Part shown: in pieces, positions 13,961 through 27,135 of the stretch
Numbering within the stretch: position 1 is the stretch's first letter
Layout of the letters: every line of letters starts with the position of its first letter
Source: Octopus vulgaris
Taxonomy: Eukaryota
NCBI GenBank assembly: GCA_951406725.2
Contig: OX597823.1
Coordinates: forward strand, 52,452,001 to 52,516,000
Length of the DNA stretch: 64,000 nt
Reading direction: 5' to 3'
Program-made: the position numbers and the translations under genes
Notes under the pieces: generated by a model
The model's input: only the letters and a program-made list of their open reading frames with translations
Told to the model about the DNA's origin: nothing
The model's database searches: none

Positions 13961-14347
13961 TACTCTTTTACTTGTTTCAGTCATTTGACTGTGGCCATGC
14001 TGGAGCAACGTCTTTAGTTGAGCAAATCGACCCCAGGACTTATTCTTTGTAAGTCTAGTACTGATTCTATTGGTCTTTTGCCATACCGCTAAGTTACAGG
14101 GATGTAAACACATCAGCATCGGTTGTCAAGCGATGTTGGGGGCACAAACACAGACACACAAACATATACACACACACATACATATATACGATGGGCTTCT
14201 TTCAGTTTCCGTCTACCAAATCCACTCACAAGGCTTTGGTCGGCCTGAGGCTATTGTAGAAGAGACTTGCCCAAGGTGCCATACAGTGGGACTGAACCTG
14301 ACACCATTGGGTTGGTAAGCAAGCTACTTACCACACAGCTACTCCTA
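13961..14347 (-). mobile_element. SINE family A
   Basis: Reverse complement of 9281-9715 over its full length. Confidence 0.9.
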
Positions 14348-14619
14348 GGCCTATTCTTTTATTCTTTCACTTGAAAAGAATGTATATTCTTTTTATTCTT
14401 TTACTTGTTTCAGCCATGCGGCTGTGGTCATACATAAGTATGTGTGTGTGTGTCTCTGTGTGTGTGTGTGTGTGTGTCTGTGTGTATGTGTGAGTGTGTG
14501 TGTATGTATGTGTGTGTGAATGAATGTATGTATGCATGCATGTATGTATAAGTGTGTATGTATGTATAAGTGTCTATGTGTGTATGTAGGCATGTATAAG
14601 TCTGTATGTATGTATACTG

Positions 14620-14649
<30 letters not shown>

Positions 14650-14650
<1 letters not shown>

Positions 14651-15563
14651 TAAGGTATGTAGAAAAATACAACATGGACAAGAACGTATAACTCTTAGAA
14701 GACGATACAATAAACACGGACAGGACATTCGAAACCCTCAGTCTTCAGTCAAGAACCGGATCATCGTAGTAAATTCGGCTGATTAATCTTGAGATTACTA
14801 GATCACGGCCAGCCCTCCAAGAAAAACTAAGCAACGAGCATTAGAAAAACTAAGCTGGAAGCGTAGATTTCCTGGAAGAAGGATCGAATGCATACGAACA
14901 CCAGGACAGCAAAAGGGACAGATATAAAAAAAACAAAAAACAATAATGGAATACAGAAACATGAAATACAGAAGCATTAACGGTGAAAACAACAAGTGTC
15001 TTACGACTGATAACAAGCAAACAAATTTTTTCTCTGGCGCATTGGAAGAAGCCTTTATAGCGGCGGACGAAAAACAACGATATTAACACGACGAGGGTCA
15101 GGAGCTGAAAGGCAGATTTCGGCCAACAGTCACGTGACAGAGAAGAGGGAAAAGAAAAGAAAGAGAAGCAAAGGAAGAGAGAGAGAGAGGAGGGACAAAC
15201 GCAACAAAGAGACAGAAGAGAGAGAAAGAAGGAATCAGAGAGGAGAAGGGATGGGTGTCGAAGAATGACCTGTGAGTGCAGAGCGAGACAAAGAAATAGG
15301 AGGGTAGTGGAAGACTAGACCAAAGAATCAGAGGAAAGAGAAGAGAAAAAGAGGATGAGTAGAGAGAAAAGAGAGAGAGGGGGACAGATCAAGTAAAAAT
15401 GAGAGAGAGAGAGAGACAAACAGAGAGTCGTACCAATTATTAAGAATATGTGCTCACATTAATGTTAAGGGGGGTACGGGGCGCCTGGAATATATGTTAA
15501 GGTATGTAGAAAAATACAACATGGACAAGAACGTATAACTCTTAGAAGACGATACAATAAACA
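14650..15563 (-). mobile_element. Non-coding element, 847-bp unit with an identical 67-bp terminal direct repeat (pseudo-LTR-like)
   Basis: TTAAGGTATGTAG...GATACAATAAACA is identical at 14650-14716 and 15497-15563. It starts in (TA)n and has an internal GA-rich tract at 15140-15425. The strand is inferred. Confidence 0.7.
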
Positions 15564-16095
15564 TCTTTGAGTGAGCAGTTTACACCAGTACTCAAGCTTC
15601 AATGTTCAATTCACTTGTATTTGGTACTTAGTTGTAGAATTATTTCATATCTTCGAATGAATGCTTTACCCCAACACTCAGCTAAACACATTTTGAACAT
15701 TAGCTCTAGAAAGATCCTAATTTCCTCAGAGATTTCATTTGACCTCAGAAATAAGAATTAGTGAAATGATTTCATTTGATTCAGTTAACTTTGCCTTATA
15801 TGCTAGAGTTTCTGAACATGATGGTGCAGTTGACACTTCAAATTAGTTCAATCCTTCACATGTAAATGATAATTGCAGTCAATATCTATGATGCAACATA
15901 TAGTTAATTAAACAGCAATTGCTAAGCTGACATTAGACTCAAAGAGCACATGCTAGCACACATGCATGAACACACATGCAACCACATGCACATACACACA
16001 TGCAAACACTCACACACATATGCACGTATACACATGCATACATTTGCAAAACAAGATGGAGAAAATAGAAATTAAGCATAAATTTTAGTTAAGCT

Positions 16096-16127
<32 letters not shown>

Positions 16128-16167
16128 CAGATACATACATACAAATATACATACATACATACATACA

Positions 16168-16203
<36 letters not shown>

Positions 16204-16269
16204 TGCATGTATGGTAGTCTCTCAGTACCAAGAAAGACAGTTCCACATTTTCTCGCTGAGCTACCTACT

Positions 16270-16643
16270 CATTTGACTGTAGCCATGCTGGAGCACTGCC
16301 TTTAGTCAAGCAAATCAACCCCAGGACTTATTTTTTGTGAACCTAGTATTTATTTTATTGGTCTCTTTTGCCAAACCGCTATGTTTACAGGGATGTAAAC
16401 ACACCAACATTGGTTGTCAAGCGATGTTGGGGGGACAAACACAGACACACAAACATATATACACACATACATATATACATATAAACGACGGGCTTCTTTC
16501 AGTTTCCATCTACCAAATCCACTCACAAGGCTTTGGTCTGCCTGAGGCTATAGTAGAAGACACTTGCCCAAGGTGCCATGCAGTGGGACTGAACCTGGAA
16601 ACATGTGGTTTGTAAGCAAGCTACTTACCACACAGCCACTCCT
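16270..16643 (-). mobile_element. SINE family A
   Basis: Matches the family A body and tRNA head on the minus strand. Confidence 0.9.
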
Positions 16644-16849
16644 ACACAGATAATTTGTTTATAAAGATCAAATATTCATATTAGACATGTTCTCACTACC
16701 GGCAAAAAAATTGACATTACCTGTGCAGGTGCACAATGGTACACCGTAATCATAGAGCAATATGAGATGAAGTGTTTTACTCATGATCATGAATGTGACA
16801 CCTTAGCCACTAGCCGATGTGCCTTCACCCATACACACATGCATAGGTA

Positions 16850-17275
16850 ATTCCCCTGGTATTGAATATGTACACAAATATCAGCACAAAGAATACTAGT
16901 TGAACACTCCCATCAAAACATCTGTCAAATGCAAGCCTAACAGGCTGGACATTGTAATCTGGAACAGGCAAGAACAATTATGTACCATCATAGAGTTCCT
17001 GCTGATGTGAATATCTCCTTGAAAATTGAGGAGAAAGAAGATAACTATGGACAACTGCTTTGAAACTTCCAGCTTCTATATCTGGATTACAAACTTATAT
17101 ATGTATACCAATAATAAGAGGAGCATTTGATTCTGTAAATGCTTAACTATTAGTCTGGATAAGCTTGGATTTTCAGAAAAAGAAATCAGCCAACTGATTC
17201 ACACATTACAATTACAATCCGTAAGTAGAACAGTAAGCCTATGCAAGACTTTCCTCAGGTTTAAAATGTGATATT
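16850..17275 (+). mobile_element. Non-LTR retrotransposon fragment, restriction-like endonuclease region (R4/NeSL-type)
   Basis: Degenerate translation KPNRLDIVIWNRQEQLCTIIE...PADVNISLKIEEKEDNY...IPIIRGA resembles the PD-(D/E)xK REL domain. Confidence 0.65.
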
Positions 17276-17409
17276 ATTCTCATTATTTTTATTCCAAATA
17301 TGGAACTTTGTATCTTTGTTAGAAAGCAGCTCCTTCTTCAGAGAAAGAATTCAAATGATTAGAAACAAGAAAAGACATACATGCATACATACATACATAC
17401 ATACATACA

Positions 17410-17443
<34 letters not shown>

Positions 17444-17509
17444 CATACATACATACATACATGAACCAACATCGTGGCAGTTTGTTCATGTATGTATGCG
17501 TGTGTGTAT

Positions 17510-17718
17510 GTGTCATTTGAATTTTGAATTATTATTTATATTTTGAATTATTATTTTGAATTAATCATGCATTATCTTGTAACTTTAAGATTTTAATTAT
17601 GCGATTGTTTATCTTTAGAATGATATTGTAGGGTAGGTGTGAGAGGCTGGATTTGGTCAGTTACAACATTAAATGCATAGAAGACTTTGGCTGGATATGA
17701 CCTGTTTCAATGCCAAAA
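17510..17718 (-). mobile_element. piggyBac-type MITE relic
   Basis: Diverged reverse-complement match to 43437-43657. Confidence 0.6.
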
Positions 17719-18099
17719 TCCATGTATTCTATGTGTACATGTGTGAACATAAATATACATGCTTATTTGTTTATGAATGTATTTATAAATTAACGTCCAG
17801 TACTTTAATGTAATTAAAATTCGACATAAAAATTAGTATAATTACCATTATGTATTATTAAATTAGACATTATGAAAAACATTGTGTGTGGATGCGTGTG
17901 AGTGTGTGCATGTCTTTGTGGGTGTGTGTCTTTAAGTACCTGTATCTAAGGCTGTGAACTGGCAGCTTTGCTCACATAGGTTGGATTTGTGAACGAATTT
18001 GGTAAATGGGTACTGTTATCCAGAAGCTCATCATCTGTGTGCGTGTGTATATTTGTGTGTGTGTGTATGTGTGTGCATGTATGTGTACATGTGTGTGCA

Positions 18100-18438
18100 C
18101 ATGTGAATGTGTGTGTGCATATGTGTGTGCATGTGTGTGTGTATGGGCATTTTACTATGTGTGTCTGTGTGTGTGTATCTGTGTGTTTCAGTGTCTGTGT
18201 ATGTCTGTGTATGTGTGTGTGTGTGCATGTGTGCATATGTGTGTGCATGTGTGTGTGTATGGACATTTTACTATGTGTGTCTGTGTGTGTGTATCTGTGT
18301 GTTTCAGTGTCTGTGTGTGTCTGTGTATGTGTATGTGTGTGTGTGTGCATGTGTGCATATGTGTGTGCATGTGTATGGACATTTTACTATGTGTGTCTGT
18401 GTGTGTGTATCTGTGTGTTTCAGTGTATGTGTGTGCCT

Positions 18439-18474
<36 letters not shown>

Positions 18475-18480
18475 ATGTGT
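18100..18480. repeat. 116-bp higher-order repeat (x3) built from (TG)n
   Basis: Anchor CATTTTACTATG at 18148, 18264 and 18380. Confidence 0.9.
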
Positions 18481-18764
18481 GCATATTTGTGTTTTTGCTT
18501 TATTTCTCACTGCTTTTACAATCAATGTTGGTTTGGTTACAATTCCATTACTCATTCCTTCAGCAAAAAGAGGACAATAATACAGTGAGTAGCAGACCGA
18601 AAGCAAGCACTGGAATTCATTTGAGTCACTAGAACCCATTCAGAGTCATGTCCGAAGCATAGCAGCAGTCCAACGGCTAAAACAAGTAAAAGAACAACAA
18701 AATTCATCATTTGTCCCAACTTGACAGATTCAAACTTGATTTTGACAAATATCAATTTCAAGTA

Positions 18765-19610
18765 ACACCTTACAAACAAGATATTCTAGTATTCTTTTAT
18801 TCTTCTATTCTTACACTTGTTTTAGTCAGTAGACTTTGGCCATGTTGGAGCACCACCTTGAAGAGTTTTAGTCAAACCAATCGACTTCACTGCTTACTTT
18901 TCAAGATTAGTACTCATTCTTTAAGACTAGTTCTTATTCTATTGATTTCTTTTGCTGAACTGCTAAGTTAAGGGGACATAAACACACCAACAATGGATGT
19001 CAAGCAAAGATGGGAAACAAATACAGACACAAAGACACAAACATATCTTTTTTTTTAAGGTTGGTACTTATTCTGTCAGTCTCTTTTGTTGAACCACTAA
19101 GTTACAGGGATGTAAATTCACCTATACCAGTTACCAAGTTGTGTCGGGGAACAAACACTGACAGAAAGACACACAAACACACACACACACACACACACAC
19201 ATGTATATATACATATATGTATATAAACATATACATGTGTATACATATATATAAATATGTATACACACACACGTATATGCATAGCTTAGCAGTTTGGCAA
19301 AAGAGATCAATAGAATAAGTACTAATCTTAAAAAATAAGCACTGGGGCCGATTTGTTTGACTAAAACCCTTCAAGGTGGTGCTTCAGCATGGCCAAAGTC
19401 TAATGACTAAAACAAGTGTAAGAATAGAAGAATAAAAGAATACAAGAATATCTTGTTTGTAAGGTGTATATATGCGATGGGCTTCTTTCAGTTTTTGTTT
19501 ACCAGATTCACTCACAAGGCTTTTGGTTGGCCTTATGCAATAGCAGGTACCACACAATAGGAGTGATGCTGGAACCATATGGTTGTGAAAAAAAATTCTT
19601 TTCACACACC
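18765..19610. mobile_element. Cluster of SINE A fragments containing a local inverted duplication
   Basis: 18765-18918 is inverted at 19315-19467. The host minus-strand SINE A resumes at 19468. Confidence 0.75.
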
Positions 19611-20142
19611 ACATTCCTTAAGTTCTATTTAAAAGGTAACTGAAGAAGAGCGACTGTATGGTGAGAATGGGCAACGTGAGAAAAGACGATGCACAGTTCA
19701 TGTCAGATAATAAAGTTAGTTGAAGAGAAATCTGAAATAATATAGTTTACATTGACCTTAGGGATTACAGTGTGATAAAGGAAATACACTAAACTAATAA
19801 TTTACCAAGATAATTACAACAAATAATTACACTTATCAATTAAACAATTATTATTAATCAGTAATTATACATATGTAAATGTGTGGCTGGGTTTACTCCA
19901 TGCATATGTGTGTGTATGTATGTACGTGTGTGTGCATGTGTATATGAATATGAATATATATATATATGTGTGTGTGTGTGTATGCATATATATTTATATA
20001 TGGAGCCATGTAAGCATTGATGTCCTGTTCAATTCCCAGTGGTTCGGCCCATCTATTTTTTGGTCCATTGTTTAGGTTTAGTCACTTTAAATGGAGCATA
20101 TATTATAAGATGAATAACATATAATTATAGTTATTATATATA

Positions 20143-20303
20143 GATGTGACTGTGTGGTAAGAAGCTTGCTTCCCCACCACATGGTTCTGTGTTCAGTCCC
20201 ACTCTGTGACACCTAGTTTAAATGTCTTCTGGTATGGCTTTGAGCCAACCAAAGCCTTGCAAGTGGATTTGGTAGATGGAAACTGAAAGAAGCCCATCGT
20301 GTG

Positions 20304-20401
<98 letters not shown>

Positions 20402-20620
20402 TATAAGTACATATCTGTGAGTGTGTGTCTTTGTATCTGTGATTGTCCCACATCACTACTTGGCAACCAGTGTTGGTTTTGTTTACGTTCCTGTAACTTA
20501 GCAGTTCAGCAAAGAGACCAATAAAATAAGTACTAGGCTACTAGAGAATAAGTCCTGGGGTTGATTTGTTCAAGTAAAGCCCTTCAGGGCAGTGCTCCAG
20601 CAAGGCTAAAGAAAATTAAA
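20143..20620 (+). mobile_element. SINE family A
   Basis: Head, CORE-like region, expanded (TA)n and 3' body are present. Confidence 0.85.
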
Positions 20621-20804
20621 GAATATATATGTGTGTGTATGTATGTATGTATGTATGTATGTATGTATAAATGTATGTATGTATGTATGTATGTATGTAT
20701 GTATGTATGTATGTATGTATGTATGTATGTATGTATGTATGTATAGAGTTCTTTTAATCCAAATACAGATGTCTTTGCATTTGCAGGTATCAACCTACGT
20801 GATA

Positions 20805-20849
20805 TGCACGGACTCGAGTTTCTGGGTATTGACCCGTCATCAGCTCACA
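20805..20849 (-). ncRNA. Type I hammerhead ribozyme (Penelope-type), intact core
   Basis: Minus strand: tgtgag-CTGATGA-c-GGGT-caat-ACCC-a-GAAA-CTCGAG-TC-cgtgca. Palindromic ACTCGAGT stem III and a GUC site; stem I is weak. It lies in a ~320-bp island (20745-21065) between microsatellites. Confidence 0.8.
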
Positions 20850-21075
20850 ACAATCACCGGTGACGATGGGAAGGATGGCTTCCCTCTGCAAATACCGATA
20901 AGGCACAGAAAGTGTGTCAATAGCCAGCTGGAGAAGATGTTCTCCTGGGGCTACAAGCTACAGTAACATCCACCCTTAGTGGTTAGCCATATTTAGATGG
21001 CAAATATACTTCACATTGTCATGCAGTTACTGTCTATACCTCGTTCAGAGATTTATTATTGCTTATATATATATA

Positions 21076-21657
21076 TCATCATCATCATCATCATCATTTA
21101 GCGTCCACTTTCCATGCAAGCATGGGTTGGACGGTTCAACTGGGTTCAACAGTGTTTCTATGGCTGGATGCCCTTCCTAACACCAACCACTCCATGAGTG
21201 TAGTGGGTGCTTTTTATGTTCCACCCACACAGGTGCCAGATGGAGCTGGCAAACGGCCATGGACGGATGGTGCTTTTTACGTGCCACCGGCACGGGGGCC
21301 AGGCAAGGCTGGCAACGACCACGATCGGATGGTGCTTTTTACATGCCACCGGCACAGGGGGCAGGTGAGGCTGGCAATGGCCACGAATGGATGGTGCTTT
21401 TACGTACCACCGGCATGGGGGCCAGGCGAGGCTGGCAATGGCCACGTACGGATGGTGCTACGTGCCACCGGCACCAGGGCCAGGCGAGGCTGGCAATGGC
21501 CACGAATGGATGGTGCTTTTTACGTGACCGGCACGGGAAAAGCACGGGGTGGCGCTGGCAACGGCCACGATCAGATGGTTCGCTTACTTGTCACCGGCAC
21601 TGGTATCACAGCTGCAATTTCCATTGATGTTGATCGACTTCGATTTTGGTTCTGCTT

Positions 21658-21660
<3 letters not shown>
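21076..21660 (-). mobile_element. Family D element with an internal ~58-bp minisatellite (about 5 units)
   Basis: (CAT)n tail; repeated GGATGGTGCTTTTTACGTGCCACCGGCACGGGGGCCAGGCGAGGCTGGCAAYGGCCAC at 21265-21575. Confidence 0.85.
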
Positions 21661-21711
<51 letters not shown>

Positions 21712-21757
21712 CATACATATATATATATATACACACACATATATATATATATATATA

Positions 21758-21842
<85 letters not shown>

Positions 21843-21915
21843 TTACATATATATATATATATATACATATATATACATATATATATATGTATATATACAT
21901 ATATATATACATATG

Positions 21916-21973
<58 letters not shown>

Positions 21974-21977
21974 CATA

Positions 21978-22100
21978 CTAGCAATGTACCCCAGCATTGC
22001 CTGAGTGTTATGACCTACAGCCACATTGTATTATTTGTCCCTTTCTTATGGGCAGAAACAGCACAGGAGAGGTACGAAGCAAACGGTTCTTTTTTATAAA
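21978..22100 (-). mobile_element. Helitron 3'-end fragment
   Basis: Minus strand ends ...CAGGCAATGCTGGGGTACATTG-CTAG|T, like the 3' end of 61265-61631. Confidence 0.5.
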
Positions 22101-22899
22101 CATGTTTTTCAGTTATTTTCTGATGAACAATGCTGCAGATTCTATCTACTAAGTTCAATCACAAGTTTGTGGTTAGCTTAGGGCTATAGTAGAAAACACA
22201 AGGTACCATATAGAGAGACTGAACCTGGAACTATGTGATTGGGAAGAAAACTTTTCAACCACACAGTCATATGTGTGTTTACATTTGTTGTTAAATTGAG
22301 TCCCACTATGTCTCAAAGTTAGCAGTTCATCAACCAGAGATCTACAAAATAAATGCCAGATTGAAATACATACTGAGGTCAGTATGATCAATTAAGTTTT
22401 TAAAGGTGATACCCCATCATGGTGACAGTTGAAAGACTAAGCCCAGTAAAATAAAGTTTAAAGACTCAATGGCTTCAAATTTAAGATAATGGATTACTAA
22501 CCACAAGATAATGAGTTCAAAACTTCATATTGCACTTACACTCTATACGATAACAGTATATGCCCATCTCAGTCTATTTGACTTCCAACAATTAACAATT
22601 GTAATTGGAAGTTGAATGGTTAGCAGTAAGAAAAATGTCCAGATTTCTTTAAAAATTATTGTACAAATTATTCTAAGAGAACGTATTTTTTTACCACAGC
22701 AAAACACACACACAGAGGTGTGTCTCTGGTAACTTGAGCTACTACAAATAGCAATGAAATCGCTCTTAAAACACACCCTTTCATCAAAAGAAAAACAGAT
22801 TTACAGTATTTCAGCTATGAATCTGCTATATCAGTGGCAACTCTGGGCTAAACAAAACACTGGTAAACATACTTCACATTAAATAATCTCTCTATCTAT

Positions 22900-23140
22900 C
22901 CACTGAGTCAAAGTCGACTCTCGGTTACTCGTTGGATCAGTGTCCTCCAGTCAGTTCTATCCTGGGCCGCTTCCTTCAGATTGACTATGTCCATTCCGGT
23001 ATCACTCTTGATGGTGTCAAGCCAGCAGGTTCTTCGTCGGCCTCTTCCTCTCTTGCCACTGACCATTCCGAGCATGATGTCCTTCTCCAGGGACTTTCTC
23101 CGCATAATATGACCGAAATATGCCAATCTATGCTTGGTGA
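22900..23140 (-). mobile_element. RTE/BovB-like LINE 3' fragment
   Basis: RLAYFGHIMRRKSLEKDIMLGMVSGKRGRGRRRTCWLDTIK...DRTDWRTLIQRVTESR. Confidence 0.9.
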
Positions 23141-23514
23141 TCCTAAATAATACTAATAAATAATACATGTTAAGATATTATCAGCACATAGAGCAGACAT
23201 AACACCCAAACAGATTACAGAGGTCACACTCATAGTAGTAGATAGACTGAACCTTAACAGAAAATATGAGTGGAATAGCATTCCTCCACTCTACCACACA
23301 ATGCAACCTGATGACTAAAGAAATAATGATAAGAGGAAAAACACAGATACAAATTGTATATTACACAACCCATATAAACACACAAAATACACATACACAT
23401 ACTAAAGAAGAATGAGAATGAAGAAAAAATAAATGAATAAAAGACACAGGTACAAACAGTGTAATAAGCAAGCAGTGTAATTCATAGCCAATATATATAC
23501 ATATGTATATATAC

Positions 23515-23559
<45 letters not shown>

Positions 23560-23961
23560 AAACACACATATTAAGCGCACACACACACACACAGATACAG
23601 ATGCAAATGCATGTACAGTTATGGATACATAACAAAGAAAGACAAAATGGAATAAGCAGGACAAGGGCATCCAGCTGTAAAAACCATACCAAACTGGCCT
23701 TGCCTGTGTGACTGCCACGTAAAAAGCACTCAGCCAACTCTACAGGAAGGGCATCCAGTCATAAAAACAATGCCAAAACACTCTCAGAAGCATGGCACAG
23801 GGTTCCGACTGGCTAGCTCCTGTCAAATCATCCAATCCATGCCAGCATGGAAAGAGGACGGTAAACAATGATAATGAAGAGGAGACACATAGGATACATA
23901 GGCATTGAAGAGGTCACAGGATGTATGACAAAAGAATTTTGACAAAAAATTAAAATAATAA

Positions 23962-24328
23962 TAACAAGAGCACGTAGAGAGTGCAAGACTCTGCCAGGGC
24001 AACACCAACGTCCTCTCAATGATTAGCCAGAGATAATTTTTGAAATGAGAATATCTGAAATAAACTCAACTGCTCTCACAAATGAGAATACTAAAAATGA
24101 ACCCGACCACTCTTAAAATTAAGTAAAAAAACTGGAAAAATAATCCAGAATCCTTGTCCGGTACTGGATCAATCCCCAAATCTAATCAGCTTCTGTCAGT
24201 TACAAGGCCAAACATCCCTGAAAGTTTCATCCAAATCCACCCAGCACTTCTTGAGATATCTTGTCCACAGACAAACAAACAAACACAACTGAAACAATAC
24301 CTCCACCTTTGCTAAGGAGGAGGTAATA
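23962..24328 (-). mobile_element. Helentron-associated (DINE/HINE-like) non-autonomous element
   Basis: Minus strand: 5' TTATTACCTCC...GGAGGT hairpin, (GTTT/GTCT)n, then a 3' hairpin GCACTCTCTACGTGC followed by TCTTGTT in a T-rich site. Confidence 0.6.
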
Positions 24329-24505
24329 AAGCTGAAGTGAAGACCAAATATATATATAGTGTATGTGTGTGGGTGTGTCTAGGTGGAAAATATGACCACC
24401 CCCAAGTAAAACAGTGTCTATTTTAACACATGATTTCACATTATATATATATATGTGCATAAAAAGAGAATAAGAGGGAGAGAGATAATATATGTGTGTG
24501 TACAT

Positions 24506-24935
24506 ATATGGCAGTGTGTAAGATGTTTATTGCCAATCACATGATCTGGGGTTCAGTCCTACTGCATAATACCTTAAGTGTCATCTATTATAGCTCCGGG
24601 ACAACCAAAGTATTCATCATCATCATCATCATTGTTAGTGGATTATGTAGATGGAAACTGAAAGAAGCTCATTGTGCATACATATGTGTGTGAGTGTGTG
24701 TGTGTATGTGTGTATGTGTGTGTGCACTATGTTTTTGTGTCTGTTCCCCACCACAGCTTGACGACTGGTGTTGGTTTGTTTATGTCCCTCTAACTTAGCA
24801 GTTTGGCAAAGTGACCAATAGAATTAATAGCAGGCTTAAAAAATATGTACAGTAGTCAATTTATCTGAATAGACCTTTTTAAAATGGTGTCCCAGCATGG
24901 CCTCATCCAGTGATTAAAACAAGTAAAAGATAAAG
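24506..24935 (+). mobile_element. SINE family A, diverged
   Basis: Recognisable head, GATGGAAACTGAAAGAAGC, and 3' CAGCATGGCC...TAAAAGATAAAG tail. Confidence 0.75.
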
Positions 24936-25937
24936 ATGTATATATGTGTGTTGTGTGTATGTGTGTGTGTACACATGTCTTTTCTGTTTTACTTGCTTTA
25001 GTCATTGGCCTGGGGCTATACTGGGGCCATATGTATACACATCATATAACAGTACGGTTCATAAGTGTCTGATGAATTCCCACTTTGCACTATTTATTCA
25101 ACCATTGATAAGTTTACACAACCCTTATGTAATTTATAACACATAATCATCTTTATGTAATATGGTTCAAAGCCAAATAGTATAAAACAGATGTAACTCA
25201 TATTAAACTCATGCTATATTGATATCTTCAATGTACTCCTTATCTTAAATGTTACTCTATATAATACTTACCCTCTAGTTATTTCCATGATGCGTAAGTA
25301 CCTGGGTTTTCTGCACCACTTGGACTTTCTTAAATACCAGTTTAGTCTTAATGGCATAGATAGTGCGAAGCTTGTATTCAGTACTACATAAGGAATGCTT
25401 CAGGATATTACCCAATCCAAACTAGCATTATGTATGTATGTATGAATGCATGTATGTATGAATGTATGGATGAATGTATCTATGTATGTATGGATGGATG
25501 CATGTGTGCATGTATGTATGCATTATCTGCACATCATCCATATTAAATTGTTTGTATAACATAAAAACTCAAGCTTTTAGAACTAGCTGCAATATTAAGA
25601 ATTTTAATTGCATAAAGTAATACCCCCATCTGTAGTAATCTCACACAGTAGCAACCTTAGATATTTATTTATCACATTTTCTAGTATGACTATTAGCTAT
25701 TAATTTTAAAGTACAGATTACATTGAAGACTCTCAGTATGCATAGGTGTGTAAAAGTGTGCTTTTGTGTGAACACATGTGTGTATTCTTCTGTCTATGTG
25801 TGTATGCATATATACATATGCATATGTGACCATTTCTATGTATATACTACATGAATACATCCACATTTGTGTATGGGTATGTATGAATATATAGCTGTGC
25901 ATTCATGATAGGTGTGTGTATGTGTATTTGCATACAA

Positions 25938-25969
<32 letters not shown>

Positions 25970-26214
25970 GTATACATAAACAACTTTTATATGAGTAAAT
26001 GTAAATACATATATGTGTGTGTGTATGCATGTATGTATCTATGTATGTATACATACAAAACGTACATATGTATATAGTATATAGTGTATATATATATATA
26101 TGTGTGTGTGTTGTGTGTGTGTATGCTTGTATGTACACTTGCATACATTTGCATGCCCACACAGATACACACATACATACGTCTACACACACATATATAT
26201 ATAAATATTGGGTA

Positions 26215-26567
26215 GAAGAAGAAGAAGAAGAAGAAGAAGAAGAAGAAGAAGAAGAAGAAGAAGAAGAAGAAGAAGAAGAAGACGACGAAGAAGAAGAAGA
26301 GTGTGGTAGTAGTCATGGTGGTGGTGGTAGTTGGGTTGGGTTGGGGGTGATACTAGTGCTGTTGGTGCCGGTGAAGAGCCTAATTATTCAGATACTAAAT
26401 TTCTCTTGTAACTCTTATGTAATATATCATTCTGCATGCTGTACAATTCTTAAACTCATTTTATGATATATTCATAGAACTTGGTACCACCAGGAATTTA
26501 CAATTAGAATAATGAAATTCTGCATCCTCATTATTATCCTTATCATTACTATTTTCATAGTGTTATT

Positions 26568-26598
<31 letters not shown>

Positions 26599-26908
26599 CC
26601 ATCATCATCACTGTCATCATCATCATCATATTATTGTTGTTGCTCTTGTTCTTGCTGCTGTTGTCATAGTCGTTGTCATCATCATCATCATCATCATCAT
26701 TATTATTTTTATTTTCTGAGTTCAAATCCTACTGAAGTTGATTAGTCCACTGCCCAAAAAGTTCGGGGTTTGTTTACCTATTGTAGAAAGAGTTATTAGT
26801 ATCTGTATCATTCACCCTTGAGGCAAATAAATGAAATCATCATCATCATCATCATTATTATTATTATTATCATTATTATTATTATTCTTCTTCTTCTTCT
26901 TCTTCTTC

Positions 26909-26939
<31 letters not shown>

Positions 26940-27033
26940 CATCATTATTATAAATATTATTGTTGTTGTTATTATTATTATCGTTATTATTAAGAGAGTA
27001 GCATATACCATCAAAGTGATGCTGGGTTGCAGT

Positions 27034-27071
<38 letters not shown>

Positions 27072-27135
27072 TATTATCATTATTATTATTATTATTATTA
27101 CTATTGTTGTTGTTATTATTGCTATTATTATTTTC
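26215..27135. repeat. Trinucleotide microsatellite cluster (GAA)n, (CAT)n, (ATT)n, (CTT)n
   Basis: Read directly; source of the poly-E, poly-F, poly-S, poly-I and poly-N ORFs. Confidence 0.95.
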
